A program made the position numbers and the translations under genes. This document shows, piece after piece, positions 36,984 to 47,604 of a stretch of DNA of 64,000 nucleotides. The notes beneath the pieces are model-generated. The model searched no databases, was not told the DNA's origin, and saw nothing but the letters and a program-made list of their open reading frames with translations. Location: NCBI RefSeq assembly GCF_057098645.1, contig NZ_CM169472.1; one strand, written 5' to 3'. The first letter of the stretch is position 1, and each line of letters begins with the position of its first letter.

Positions 36984-38309
36984 TCAGGGCTTCAAAGTTT
37001 GCACCTCTGCGGCTGCGTTACGGCATGATTCATCCGTCAACGGAATAATAATGTCTCTGTTGTGAAGTTCGCGCACATTCTCTTCTCTGACGCGTGTTTT
37101 CGCCGGGCAGGGGGAGGGTGTAATCCTTACCTCTGTATCGGTCCATGTATAAACATTGCGATCGTCATAAGCGAAGCGATCGTTTTTAGTTAGCGGACCG
37201 TTAACTGGAATAATTTGCACGCTCTTTGACCGTAATTGGCGGATAAAATAAGCATGCTGTTTGCCGCTATTAAATGAGTGATCAATGACCAGGTCTGGCG
37301 TATCCAGCGGGATTATCTCAAGCTGGTCTTCACCAAATGTCGATAATTTTGTTACATACAACCGATCTTTATATTGCGCAATATTGCCAGTAATCAGATG
37401 AAATTGTTCAGGTTCAATACCTGGTAGGTCTATCCACTTGCTCCACTGACGGTCGGGCGTGAGCTGTTTACGCCAGCGAACGCGACTTTCCCCTACTTCA
37501 AAAGAGACGTCATCATCTACGGGTATCGCTTTGCCAGACAATTGCCCAAAGGGATAACGATGCAGACCCTTATTGTCGCGAAAAACCAGCAGTGAATGAG
37601 GTATCCAGCGAATTATCTCAAATGAGTCTGCATTCGCTGTAAGGTGAACGGCATTTAAATAAATATTCTGCCCACTGCGGATAAGCAGATCATTGGAATA
37701 CAAATTTCTGTTTACACTCATAAGACGTGGATTAATACCCCACCATCTTTTTTCTAATACAGTAACATTATTGCTGCTCCCCTGACGTCGACCGGACAAA
37801 TAGAGATTTTTACTATCCACCAGCGTGGTAGAGTTACCTTCGATAGCTTTTAGTGTCGCCAGATCAACACGTGACGCGCCGCTATTACTTTCGGTGCGCT
37901 GTCCATCAAAATAGAGGCTATATTTATCGACCGCGAAGCGGCCCATAGCCTGAAAGCTGGCAATATCGACAGTGGGTGTTCCCGGTGGATTGCTAACGAT
38001 TTTGCCACGCCAGAGAATAACGCGGCCGTCTGTCACCCAGTGGTATTCCTCATTTTTTATGCTTATTTCATCAGTGGGTATATAGCCTTCCACTAACTCC
38101 CGCTCCCCGGATATATTTGTCACAAGGCGCAAATCGGCTCTGTTCATCTTCGGAAATTGGGCAATGATTTTCTCATCCTCCCCATAACCTTTACCGTAAG
38201 ACATAACACCGTGATCATTGTAATAGTCGAACCCTATGGCCTGTGCAGCAGGTGTCAGAAATGTGTGCCCCAACAGGATGAGTGCAACTGTGATTATTTG
38301 ACCCTTCAT
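36984..38309 (-). CDS. secreted repeat protein with DKNYY-like motifs (paralog A), Sec signal peptide, function unknown
   Basis: 441-aa ORF; N-terminus MKGQIITVALILLGHTFLTPAAQA; repeated D-x-N-x-VY-type motifs (DDRNVYTWTD, DKYSLYFDGQRT); clear paralogy with the upstream ORF; ATGA start/stop overlap at 38306-38309. Confidence 0.7.
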   Translation of the reverse strand: MKGQIITVALILLGHTFLTPAAQAIGFDYYNDHGVMSYGKGYGEDEKIIAQFPKMNRADLRLVTNISGERELVEGYIPTDEISIKNEEYHWVTDGRVILWRGKIVSNPPGTPTVDIASFQAMGRFAVDKYSLYFDGQRTESNSGASRVDLATLKAIEGNSTTLVDSKNLYLSGRRQGSSNNVTVLEKRWWGINPRLMSVNRNLYSNDLLIRSGQNIYLNAVHLTANADSFEIIRWIPHSLLVFRDNKGLHRYPFGQLSGKAIPVDDDVSFEVGESRVRWRKQLTPDRQWSKWIDLPGIEPEQFHLITGNIAQYKDRLYVTKLSTFGEDQLEIIPLDTPDLVIDHSFNSGKQHAYFIRQLRSKSVQIIPVNGPLTKNDRFAYDDRNVYTWTDTEVRITPSPCPAKTRVREENVRELHNRDIIIPLTDESCRNAAAEVQTLKP

Positions 38310-39814
38310 TTTGTCGCCTCATTGCGCGGGGCAGGAATAAATTCGCCGTCATCGGTAATTTTTCCGTCCAGATATCCCGTTTTGTAATTTACCCCGTAGC
38401 CATATCCCGAATGTTGTTCCTTCCAGATTAAGCGAACTTGTTTCGGATCAGCGGTGCGGTATCGCCAGAGCTGCGCGCCATCAAAGCTGTAAACGTAGCG
38501 GTTATCGCGGGCATACCATCTGCGCAAAAAGGGATGGTCATTAAGATGGGCTTCGCGTTCATCCGGAGAACGGTTATCCAGTAAGAGCAGCGGTCCGTCA
38601 GATTCAAACACGTGTAAACCGGAATGGTATGGCCACCCTTCGGCACGCGTAAGTAAATAGCCGTGGCGTTTCCCGGCGTTGAAACGTTTGTTGATAATAA
38701 GATTGGGATCATCAAGTTTCACGATCTCCAGCTTGCGGTCACCAGACTCTGTTTCGATGATGGTATAAAGCGAGTCCTGATACTGTGCGACAGCATCACT
38801 GATGGGGTGAAACTGTTCCGGATCGAGTCCCGGTAATTCTTCCTGTTTACAGTCAGGCCCCTGACGCCAGAACACTTTCTTTTCCAGCAGAGAAAAATCC
38901 AGACAGTGCTTTGTTAAATCCTCATCCCACGCCAGATTTTCCTTGTCGAGGACTTTACGCTGTAGCCCGTTTTTATCACGCCAGGTCAAGAGTGAGCCGG
39001 GCATCCAGCGCACGACGGAAAAGGTGTCCGGGTCGGCAACAAGCTGTTCACCGTTGATCAGGATTTTGGTCCGTGTACGAGCCAGGGTATCCCAGGGGCC
39101 GAATGGTACGGCAACGCAGGGGTTAAACGTGGTGGAAAACTTTCCTCGCTGATCCCAGGACTTCTGCGCCAGCACACGGAAACTCTCGGGGTCAGCGAGG
39201 CGATGCCCATTGATATACAAGAAATTAGCGTCACGTAATATCAGCCCCAGTAAGTCAGGAGCCCAGGGAGGCCGGAATTCCACCTGATGCAGCGTTTTGA
39301 TATCTAAGCTATTTCTCCCACCATTGTCATCGGTGCGCTTGCCTTCAAAATAGAGACTGTGTTTATCTGCAGCAAAATCACCCCATGCCTTGAACGAGGC
39401 GACATCGACGGGAGGTGTGCCGGGAGGGTTTTGCACAACTTCACCCGCGTAGAGGATATTGCGACCATCGCTATACCAGGAATAATGAGGATACCAGGCC
39501 TGTGCGCCCTCATAGAGGTAGTCGGTTGTCAAATCAGTCTGAGGCGGTTCTTTATCCCATTCGTCTAGTGTTGTCGGGTCTATTAATAAATTGGGTAACC
39601 GACGCAAACTCTTGTAATTCACGTCAGGTAGAGAAAGATTTGTTTCTTTATAAGGGCGCAGGTACACCACGCCTTTTCCCTGTTTCTGGTAAATATTATG
39701 TTCAGGTGCGGAAAGCCGACATCCCCATGCCGATGATAAGACCAATGAACAAGCCAACAAACAAACCACATTGCGATAGTGCATAAAGCCATCCTGGCGC
39801 GAGGTGCCGATCAC
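38306..39814 (-). CDS. secreted or lipoprotein repeat protein with DKNYY-like motifs (paralog B), function unknown; true start may be the internal ATG at 39784
   Basis: 502-aa ORF; hydrophobic N-terminus VVCLLACSLVLSSAWGC; shares NPPGTPxVDxASFxAxGxFAxDKxSLYFxGxRT and LPGxxPEQFH blocks with paralog A. Confidence 0.7.
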   Translation of the reverse strand: MIGTSRQDGFMHYRNVVCLLACSLVLSSAWGCRLSAPEHNIYQKQGKGVVYLRPYKETNLSLPDVNYKSLRRLPNLLIDPTTLDEWDKEPPQTDLTTDYLYEGAQAWYPHYSWYSDGRNILYAGEVVQNPPGTPPVDVASFKAWGDFAADKHSLYFEGKRTDDNGGRNSLDIKTLHQVEFRPPWAPDLLGLILRDANFLYINGHRLADPESFRVLAQKSWDQRGKFSTTFNPCVAVPFGPWDTLARTRTKILINGEQLVADPDTFSVVRWMPGSLLTWRDKNGLQRKVLDKENLAWDEDLTKHCLDFSLLEKKVFWRQGPDCKQEELPGLDPEQFHPISDAVAQYQDSLYTIIETESGDRKLEIVKLDDPNLIINKRFNAGKRHGYLLTRAEGWPYHSGLHVFESDGPLLLLDNRSPDEREAHLNDHPFLRRWYARDNRYVYSFDGAQLWRYRTADPKQVRLIWKEQHSGYGYGVNYKTGYLDGKITDDGEFIPAPRNEATK

Positions 39815-39972
39815 GAAACTATCAGCAAAACATAAATCCCTACGAGTAAGCGTTATACTCGCAGCATTTCCTCACTTTTCAGACTTCATAAAGAGTCGCT
39901 AAACGCTTGCTTTTACGCCTTCTCCTGCGATGATAGAAAGCAGAAAGCGATGAACTTTACAGGCAATCCATA

Positions 39973-40176
39973 ATGAAAAACGTGTTTAAGGCACTCACTG
40001 TATTACTTACTCTCTTCAGCCTGACGGGCTGCGGTCTGAAAGGTCCGCTCTATTTCCCGCCTGCAGATAAAAACGCACCGCCGCCGACCAAACCGGTAGA
40101 GACGCAAACGCAATCCACGGTGCCGGATAAAAACGACCGCGCCACTGGCGATGGTCCATCCCAGGTGAATTACTAA
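39973..40176 (+). CDS. yifL: small lipoprotein
   Basis: 67-aa ORF MKNVFKALTVLLTLFSLTGCGLKGPLYFPP... with lipobox LTGC, immediately upstream of dapF. Confidence 0.88.
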   Translation: MKNVFKALTVLLTLFSLTGCGLKGPLYFPPADKNAPPPTKPVETQTQSTVPDKNDRATGDGPSQVNY

Positions 40177-40212
40177 AAGTCAGTTTCTGTACCCGCGTGA
40201 TTGGAGTAAATG

Positions 40213-41037
40213 ATGCAGTTCTCGAAAATGCATGGCCTTGGCAACGATTTTATGGTCGTCGACGCGGTAACGCAGAATGTCTTTTTTTCACCGGAGCTGA
40301 TTCGTCGCCTGGCGGATCGGCACCTGGGGGTAGGGTTTGACCAACTGCTGGTGGTTGAGCCGCCGTATGATCCTGAACTGGATTTTCACTATCGCATTTT
40401 CAATGCTGATGGCAGTGAAGTGGCGCAGTGCGGCAACGGTGCGCGCTGCTTTGCCCGTTTTGTGCGCCTGAAAGGGCTGACCAATAAGCGCGATATCCGC
40501 GTCAGCACCGCCAACGGGCGGATGGTTCTGACCGTCACCGATGATGATCTGGTCCGCGTAAATATGGGCGAACCCAACTTCGAACCTTCCGCTGTGCCGT
40601 TTCGCGCTAACAAAGCGGAAAAGACCTACATTATGCGCGCCGCCGAGCAGACAATCTTATGCGGCGTGGTGTCGATGGGAAATCCGCATTGCGTGATTCA
40701 GGTCGATGATGTCGATACCGCGGCGGTAGAAACGCTTGGTCCTGTTCTGGAAAGCCACGAGCGTTTTCCGGAGCGAGCCAATATCGGTTTTATGCAAGTG
40801 GTTAAGCGCGAGCATATTCGTTTACGCGTTTATGAGCGTGGGGCAGGAGAAACCCAGGCCTGCGGCAGCGGCGCATGTGCGGCGGTGGCGGTAGGGATTC
40901 AGCAAGGTTTGCTGGCCGAAGAAGTACGCGTGGAACTCCCCGGCGGTCGTCTTGATATCGCCTGGAAAGGTCCGGGTCACCCGTTATATATGACTGGCCC
41001 GGCGGTACATGTCTACGACGGATTTATTCATCTATGA
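40213..41037 (+). CDS. dapF: diaminopimelate epimerase
   Basis: 274-aa [20 protein letters not shown]... with both catalytic Cys regions. Confidence 0.95.
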
Positions 41038-41741
41038 AGCAACCAGGGGAAGAACTGCAGGAAACACTCACGGAGCTTGATGACCGGGCGGTTGTCGATT
41101 ATCTGATTAAAAATCCTGAGTTTTTTATCCGCAATGCGCGCGCAGTAGAAGCGATACGTGTGCCGCATCCGGTACGCGGCACCGTTTCGTTGGTCGAGTG
41201 GCACATGGCCCGCGCACGTAATCATATTCATGTTCTGGAAGAGAACATGGCGCTGTTGATGGAACAGGCTATCGCCAACGAAGGCCTGTTTTATCGCCTA
41301 CTCTACCTGCAGCGCAGTCTCACCGCCGCCAGCAGTCTCGACGATATGCTGATGCGCTTTCACCGCTGGGCGCGCGATCTCGGCCTGGCAGGTGCGAGTC
41401 TGCGCCTGTTTCCGGATCGCTGGCGCTTAGGTGCGCCGTCGAACCACACTCATCTGGCATTAAGCCGTCAGTCTTTCGAACCGCTGCGTATTCAGCGTTT
41501 GGGGCAGGAACAGCACTATCTTGGGCCGCTTAACGGACCAGAGCTGCTGGTGGTGCTACCGGAAGCGAAAGCGGTGGGATCGGTGGCGATGTCGATGCTG
41601 GGAAGCGATGCTGATTTGGGTGTCGTGCTGTTTACCAGTCGCGATGCCAGTCACTATCAACAAGGGCAGGGAACGCAGTTACTTCATGAAATTGCGCTGA
41701 TGTTGCCGGAGCTTCTGGAGCGTTGGATTGAACGCGTATGA
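41034..41741 (+). CDS. yigA: DUF484-family protein
   Basis: 235-aa ORF overlapping the dapF stop and xerC start, conserved dapF-yigA-xerC-yigB operon. Confidence 0.88.
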
Positions 41742-42634
41742 CCGATTTACACACCGATGTAGAACGCTACCTACGTTATCTGAGCGTGGAGCGTCAGCTT
41801 AGCCCGATAACCCTACTTAACTACCAGCGTCAGCTTGAGGCGATCATCAATTTTGCCAGCGAAAACGGCCTGCAAAGCTGGCAACAATGCGATGCAGCGA
41901 TGGTACGCAATTTTGCTGTACGCAGTCGCCGTAAAGGGCTGGGAGCAGCAAGCCTCGCGTTACGGCTTTCTGCGCTACGTAGCTTTTTTGACTGGCTGGT
42001 CAGCCAGAACGAACTCAAAGCTAACCCGGCGAAAGGTGTTTCGGCACCGAAAGCGCCGCGTCATCTGCCGAAAAACATCGACGTCGACGATATGAATCGG
42101 CTGCTGGATATTGATATCAACGATCCCCTCGCTGTACGCGACCGTGCAATGCTGGAAGTGATGTACGGCGCGGGTCTGCGTCTTTCCGAGCTGGTGGGGC
42201 TGGATATCAAACACCTCGACCTGGAGTCTGGTGAAGTGTGGGTAATGGGGAAAGGCAGCAAAGAGCGCCGCCTGCCGATTGGTCGCAACGCTGTGGCGTG
42301 GATTGAGCACTGGCTTGATTTGCGCGACCTGTTTGGTAGCGAAGACGACGCGCTTTTTCTGTCGAAACTGGGCAAGCGTATCTCCGCGCGTAATGTGCAG
42401 AAACGCTTTGCCGAATGGGGCATAAAACAAGGGCTGAATAATCACGTTCACCCGCATAAATTACGTCACTCGTTCGCTACGCATATGCTGGAGTCGAGCG
42501 GCGATCTTCGTGGTGTGCAGGAGCTGCTGGGTCATGCCAACCTCTCCACCACGCAAATCTATACTCATCTTGATTTTCAACACCTTGCCTCGGTGTACGA
42601 TGCGGCGCATCCACGCGCCAAACGGGGGAAATAA
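41738..42634 (+). CDS. xerC: tyrosine site-specific recombinase XerC
   Basis: 298-aa ORF with R..H..R..Y catalytic residues ([27 protein letters not shown]). Confidence 0.95.
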
Positions 42635-43350
42635 TGCGTTTTTACCGGCCTTTGGGGCGCATCTCGGCGCTCACCTTTGACCTGGATGATACCCTTTACG
42701 ATAACCGTCCGGTGATTTTGCGCACCGAGCGAGAGGCGCTTACCTTTGTGCAAAATTATCATCCGGCGCTGCGCAGCTTCCAGAATGAAGATCTGCAACG
42801 CCTGCGCCAGGCGGTACGGGAAGCGGAACCCGAGATTTATCACGACGTGACGCGTTGGCGTTTTCGTTCGATTGAACAAGCGATGCTCGACGCCGGGCTG
42901 AGTGCCGAAGAAGCCAGTGCAGGCGCACACGCAGCAATGATTAACTTTGCCAAATGGCGCAGCCGAATCGACGTCCCGCAGCAAACTCACGACACCTTAA
43001 AACAGCTGGCGAAGAAATGGCCGCTGGTGGCGATCACCAACGGTAACGCCCAGCCGGAACTGTTTGGTTTGGGGGATTATTTTGAGTTTGTGCTGCGCGC
43101 TGGCCCGCACGGGCGCTCAAAACCGTTCAGCGATATGTACTTTCTGGCTGCGGAAAAACTCAACGTGCCGATCGGCGAGATCTTACATGTTGGGGACGAT
43201 CTCACCACTGACGTGGGTGGGGCAATTCGCAGCGGAATGCAGGCCTGTTGGATCAGACCGGAAAATGGCGATCTGATGCAAACCTGGGACAGCCGTTTAC
43301 TGCCGCATCTGGAAATTTCCCGGTTGGCATCTCTGACCTCGCTGATATAA
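42634..43350 (+). CDS. yigB: HAD-family phosphatase (5-amino-6-(5-phospho-D-ribitylamino)uracil phosphatase)
   Basis: 238-aa ORF with N-terminal DxDxT HAD motif (FDLDDTL). Confidence 0.9.
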
Positions 43351-43359
43351 TCAGCAAAT

Positions 43360-43375
43360 CTGTATATATACCCAG
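43360..43375 (+). promoter_or_regulatory. LexA (SOS) box in the uvrD promoter
   Basis: CTGTATATATACCCAG matches CTGT-N8-ACAG-type consensus, about 60 bp upstream of the uvrD ATG. Confidence 0.8.
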
Positions 43376-43433
43376 CTTTTTGGCGGAGGGCGTTGCGCTT
43401 CTCCGCCCAACCTATTTTTACGCGGCGGTGCCA

Positions 43434-45596
43434 ATGGACGTTTCTTACCTGCTCGACAGCCTTAATGACAAACAGCGCGAAGCGGTGGCCGCGCCACGCA
43501 GCAACCTTCTGGTGCTGGCGGGCGCGGGCAGTGGTAAGACGCGCGTACTGGTGCATCGTATCGCCTGGCTGATGAGCGTGGAAAACTGCTCGCCATACTC
43601 GATTATGGCGGTGACGTTTACCAACAAAGCGGCGGCGGAGATGCGTCATCGTATCGGGCAACTGATGGGCACCAGCCAGGGCGGCATGTGGGTCGGCACC
43701 TTCCACGGGCTGGCGCACCGTTTGCTGCGTGCGCACCATATGGACGCCAATCTGCCGCAGGATTTCCAGATCCTCGACAGTGAAGACCAGCTACGCCTGC
43801 TTAAGCGTCTGATCAAAGCCATGAACCTCGACGAGAAGCAGTGGCCGCCGCGCCAGGCAATGTGGTACATCAACAGCCAGAAAGATGAAGGCCTGCGTCC
43901 GCATCATATTCAAAGCTACGGTAATCCGGTGGAGCAGACCTGGCAGAAGGTGTATCAGGCGTATCAGGAAGCGTGTGACCGCGCGGGTCTGGTGGACTTC
44001 GCCGAGCTGCTGCTGCGCGCCCACGAACTGTGGCTTAACAAGCCGCATATCCTGCAACACTACCGCGAACGTTTTACCAACATCCTGGTGGACGAATTCC
44101 AGGATACCAACAACATTCAGTACGCGTGGATCCGCCTGCTGGCGGGCGATACCGGCAAAGTGATGATCGTTGGCGATGACGACCAGTCAATCTACGGCTG
44201 GCGCGGGGCGCAGGTGGAGAATATTCAGCGTTTCCTTAATGATTTCCCCGGTGCTGAAACTATCCGTCTGGAGCAGAACTACCGCTCTACCAGCAATATT
44301 CTGAGCGCCGCGAACGCCCTGATTGAAAACAACAACGGGCGTCTGGGTAAAAAACTGTGGACCGATGGCGCGGACGGTGAGCCGATTTCCCTCTATTGCG
44401 CTTTTAACGAACTCGACGAAGCGCGTTTTGTGGTTAATCGCATCAAAACCTGGCAGGACAACGGCGGGGCGCTTGCCGAGTGCGCCATTCTCTACCGCAG
44501 CAACGCCCAGTCGCGTGTACTGGAAGAGGCCTTATTACAGGCGAGTATGCCGTACCGTATTTACGGCGGGATGCGATTCTTCGAACGCCAGGAAATCAAA
44601 GATGCGCTCTCGTATCTGCGCCTGATTGCCAACCGCAACGACGACGCGGCCTTTGAGCGTGTGGTGAATACGCCAACGCGGGGTATTGGTGACCGGACGC
44701 TGGACGTGGTACGTCAGACATCGCGCGATCGCCAGTTAACACTCTGGCAGGCATGTCGTGAGCTGTTGCAGGAAAAAGCGCTCGCCGGGCGTGCTGCCAG
44801 CGCCTTACAGAGGTTTATGGAATTAATCGACGCCTTAGCGCAAGAAACTGCCGATATGCCGCTGCATGTACAGACTGACCGGGTAATTAAAGACTCCGGC
44901 CTGCGCACCATGTACGAGCAGGAGAAGGGTGAAAAAGGCCAGACGCGTATCGAAAACTTAGAGGAACTGGTGACGGCAACGCGCCAGTTCAGCTACAACG
45001 AAGAAGATGAAGATTTAATGCCGCTGCAGGCGTTCCTCTCCCATGCGGCACTGGAAGCGGGCGAGGGACAGGCGGATACCTGGCAGGACGCGGTGCAGTT
45101 GATGACGCTACACTCGGCGAAAGGGCTGGAGTTCCCGCAGGTGTTTATCGTCGGTATGGAAGAGGGCATGTTCCCAAGCCAGATGTCGCTGGATGAAGGC
45201 GGTCGTCTGGAAGAAGAACGCCGTCTGGCCTACGTTGGCGTAACCCGTGCGATGCAGAAACTGACGCTGACCTACGCGGAAACTCGCCGTCTGTATGGCA
45301 AAGAGGTTTACCATCGCCCGTCGCGCTTTATCGGTGAGTTGCCGGAAGAGTGTGTGGAAGAGGTGCGCCTACGCGCCACGGTAAGCCGCCCGGTCAGCCA
45401 TCAGCGTATGGGTACGCCGATGGTCGAGAACGACAGCGGCTACAAGCTCGGCCAGCGTGTACGCCACGCTAAGTTTGGTGAAGGCACTATCGTCAATATG
45501 GAAGGCAGCGGCGAGCATAGCCGTTTGCAGGTGGCATTCCAGGGCCAGGGAATCAAATGGCTGGTGGCGGCTTACGCCCGGCTGGAGACGGTATAA
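43434..45596 (+). CDS. uvrD: DNA helicase II (UvrD)
   Basis: 720-aa product from ATG 43434 ([36 protein letters not shown]...); the track ORF is a 5' extension. Confidence 0.96.
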   Translation: MDVSYLLDSLNDKQREAVAAPRSNLLVLAGAGSGKTRVLVHRIAWLMSVENCSPYSIMAVTFTNKAAAEMRHRIGQLMGTSQGGMWVGTFHGLAHRLLRAHHMDANLPQDFQILDSEDQLRLLKRLIKAMNLDEKQWPPRQAMWYINSQKDEGLRPHHIQSYGNPVEQTWQKVYQAYQEACDRAGLVDFAELLLRAHELWLNKPHILQHYRERFTNILVDEFQDTNNIQYAWIRLLAGDTGKVMIVGDDDQSIYGWRGAQVENIQRFLNDFPGAETIRLEQNYRSTSNILSAANALIENNNGRLGKKLWTDGADGEPISLYCAFNELDEARFVVNRIKTWQDNGGALAECAILYRSNAQSRVLEEALLQASMPYRIYGGMRFFERQEIKDALSYLRLIANRNDDAAFERVVNTPTRGIGDRTLDVVRQTSRDRQLTLWQACRELLQEKALAGRAASALQRFMELIDALAQETADMPLHVQTDRVIKDSGLRTMYEQEKGEKGQTRIENLEELVTATRQFSYNEEDEDLMPLQAFLSHAALEAGEGQADTWQDAVQLMTLHSAKGLEFPQVFIVGMEEGMFPSQMSLDEGGRLEEERRLAYVGVTRAMQKLTLTYAETRRLYGKEVYHRPSRFIGELPEECVEEVRLRATVSRPVSHQRMGTPMVENDSGYKLGQRVRHAKFGEGTIVNMEGSGEHSRLQVAFQGQGIKWLVAAYARLETV

Positions 45597-45600
45597 CGTT

Positions 45601-45631
45601 GCGGGATGCGGTGCGCCACACCGCATCCGGC
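45601..45631. repeat. REP-like palindrome / terminator between convergent uvrD and the DUF62 gene
   Basis: gcgggatgcggtgcgccacaccgcatccggc. Confidence 0.6.
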
Positions 45632-45640
45632 ATCAGCACC

Positions 45641-46543
45641 TTACTTATCACATTTCTTCACATCAATATTCCAGTCAGCACCAGACGCAACCTGATGTTT
45701 CTGCGCGAAATTATCCATATTCAGCGCCACGGAAACATTCAATAAGCTGTTCAGATACACCATCGGCTGTCCTTCCGGCACATCGCCGAAGCTGGCGACA
45801 TACGGCATTTTCCCTTCGTATTTTTTCTCGGAACCTTCGGAAATGGTCACACATAACGTATCGTTGAGTTTGATTCCTGCCTGATTCAGCAACTCGTCGC
45901 TGATATTGCTCCAGACGTTACCGTACTGAATATCGAGAATCGGGATATTGCCCTTCACTTCACCTTTTGTCGCTTTCGCTTTCTGATAAGGCAGTTCGAC
46001 AACTTTTGCCGGAAGCTCTGGCCCCACCTGTTCGAACGTGATCGCTCCGGAAGCCAGGCGTGCACCGGTGTAGGCATATACATCGCGACCGTGGAAGGTA
46101 TATGACTTTTCGGAACCTTTCAGGCGGTTGGTTTTTTCATCGATTTGCCGGACGCTCTCAATACCCAGCGATTCCGCCACCAAAGTGAGCGTACCGTTAT
46201 CTGGTGAAACGAAGTATTGACCGTTTTTGGTTTTCAGCACTACCGATTTACGGTCTGTACCAACACCAGGATCGACCACACTGACAAATACCGAACCTTG
46301 CGGCCAGTAACTGGCGGTCTGATACAGGCGGTAAGCGCCTTCCCAGATGTTATACGGTGGAATTTCGTGTGTTAAATCAAATATTTTAAGATTATGGTCA
46401 ACACCGAATGCGACCCCTTTCATCGCCGAGACGGCACCATCTTTCAGGCTAAAATCAGTTTGTAAAATCAAAGCGTTATCCGCATAAGCGGATGATGATC
46501 CCAGACACGTTAATAAAAATAACGTTGCGAGCGTTTTTTTCAT
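45641..46543 (-). CDS. SAM hydroxide adenosyltransferase-family (DUF62, chlorinase/fluorinase-like fold) protein with a predicted N-terminal signal peptide
   Basis: 300-aa ORF; N-terminus MKKTLATLFLLTCLGSSSAYA; DUF62 hallmark blocks TDF, DLTHEIP, VVDPGVGT, PDNG. Confidence 0.7.
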   Translation of the reverse strand: MKKTLATLFLLTCLGSSSAYADNALILQTDFSLKDGAVSAMKGVAFGVDHNLKIFDLTHEIPPYNIWEGAYRLYQTASYWPQGSVFVSVVDPGVGTDRKSVVLKTKNGQYFVSPDNGTLTLVAESLGIESVRQIDEKTNRLKGSEKSYTFHGRDVYAYTGARLASGAITFEQVGPELPAKVVELPYQKAKATKGEVKGNIPILDIQYGNVWSNISDELLNQAGIKLNDTLCVTISEGSEKKYEGKMPYVASFGDVPEGQPMVYLNSLLNVSVALNMDNFAQKHQVASGADWNIDVKKCDK

Positions 46544-46625
46544 TTTTGTTTCCCTTCATTTATCTGATGATTTTCCAGCTGTGTAGCCAGCCCCAGTTTG
46601 TCTGGCCTCCTCGAGTGTACAATGC

Positions 46626-47390
46626 TTAACCTTTCCGCTCGACGGAAATCATGGTGACAAAAGGATAGCGTTGCCACGGGATTGCCCCGCCTTTCATATA
46701 CATATGTGAAATCGTGCCATCAAGATAAAGCAGCTGCTCAACGTTCAGTTTCGCTTTGGCATAACAGGCAAAATCATAAAAATTTGTCGCCTGCTGGCTC
46801 AACAAAAACACGGCATTCCCATGTTTATTAATCCCAACACCGTTACGAATTTTACGTGAGGCGACGTTGGGATGAATACGCGGATTAATTACACTGTTTT
46901 CCATCAACATTGGCCCTGACTGCACCGCAAACTGAATCTCTTTACTGGTTTTGAAGGCATCCAGACGAACGATGCCGACTTTATCTCCCGCGACATAAAA
47001 CACGCCGCCAGGACGGATAAAGAAATTCCCTTCACCTGAAGCGAGATTTAACGCCACCTTCTGCTGACCGTTTTCGATGTACAAACCGAGCGGCGCATAG
47101 CTTTCATCATAGATGCCGCCGTTCATCGCCATCTGCACCTGACCCTGACTATTCATATCCGCCAGCAGAGCATGTAAAGTTCCCCACGCTTCGCCATTGG
47201 CTTTTTGCCAGTACATTTTCACCCGCTCTGTTTGAGGATTAACGGTATACGCCTGTACGGTCAGCGTCGGATCTGAGAGTGCGCAATCATCAGCGGCAAC
47301 AGCAAACAAGGGAAGTAAGGTGAGGGTGAGAAAAATCCGTTTGAGATTCAAGGTGATCATTCCTTTACCAATGAGTAGCCGATGCGCCAT
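46626..47390 (-). CDS. yigE: DUF2233-family exported protein
   Basis: 254-aa ORF with signal peptide (LKRIFLTLTLLPLFAVAA), upstream of corA. Confidence 0.8.
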   Translation of the reverse strand: MAHRLLIGKGMITLNLKRIFLTLTLLPLFAVAADDCALSDPTLTVQAYTVNPQTERVKMYWQKANGEAWGTLHALLADMNSQGQVQMAMNGGIYDESYAPLGLYIENGQQKVALNLASGEGNFFIRPGGVFYVAGDKVGIVRLDAFKTSKEIQFAVQSGPMLMENSVINPRIHPNVASRKIRNGVGINKHGNAVFLLSQQATNFYDFACYAKAKLNVEQLLYLDGTISHMYMKGGAIPWQRYPFVTMISVERKG

Positions 47391-47604
47391 TATAGGTCCT
47401 GGATGTGGGATTTTTTTATCCTGTTAGCGACCTTGACGAGTACCAAAAAGCGCGAAGTTCAACTATTGTTCTGTGGTGTTCTGTTGCGTGTTGACGGCAA
47501 AATTTTGCTGGCGTAACATGCGCGCACGATCACTCTAAGAGGACATTCGCCTTGGACACACCCAGTAGATACTGGCTCACTATCCTGTCATCCAGGATCA
47601 ACTC

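Noticed and set aside
41975-42457. 160-aa antisense ORF within xerC
   Set aside because: Shadow ORF; xerC on the plus strand has full catalytic motifs.
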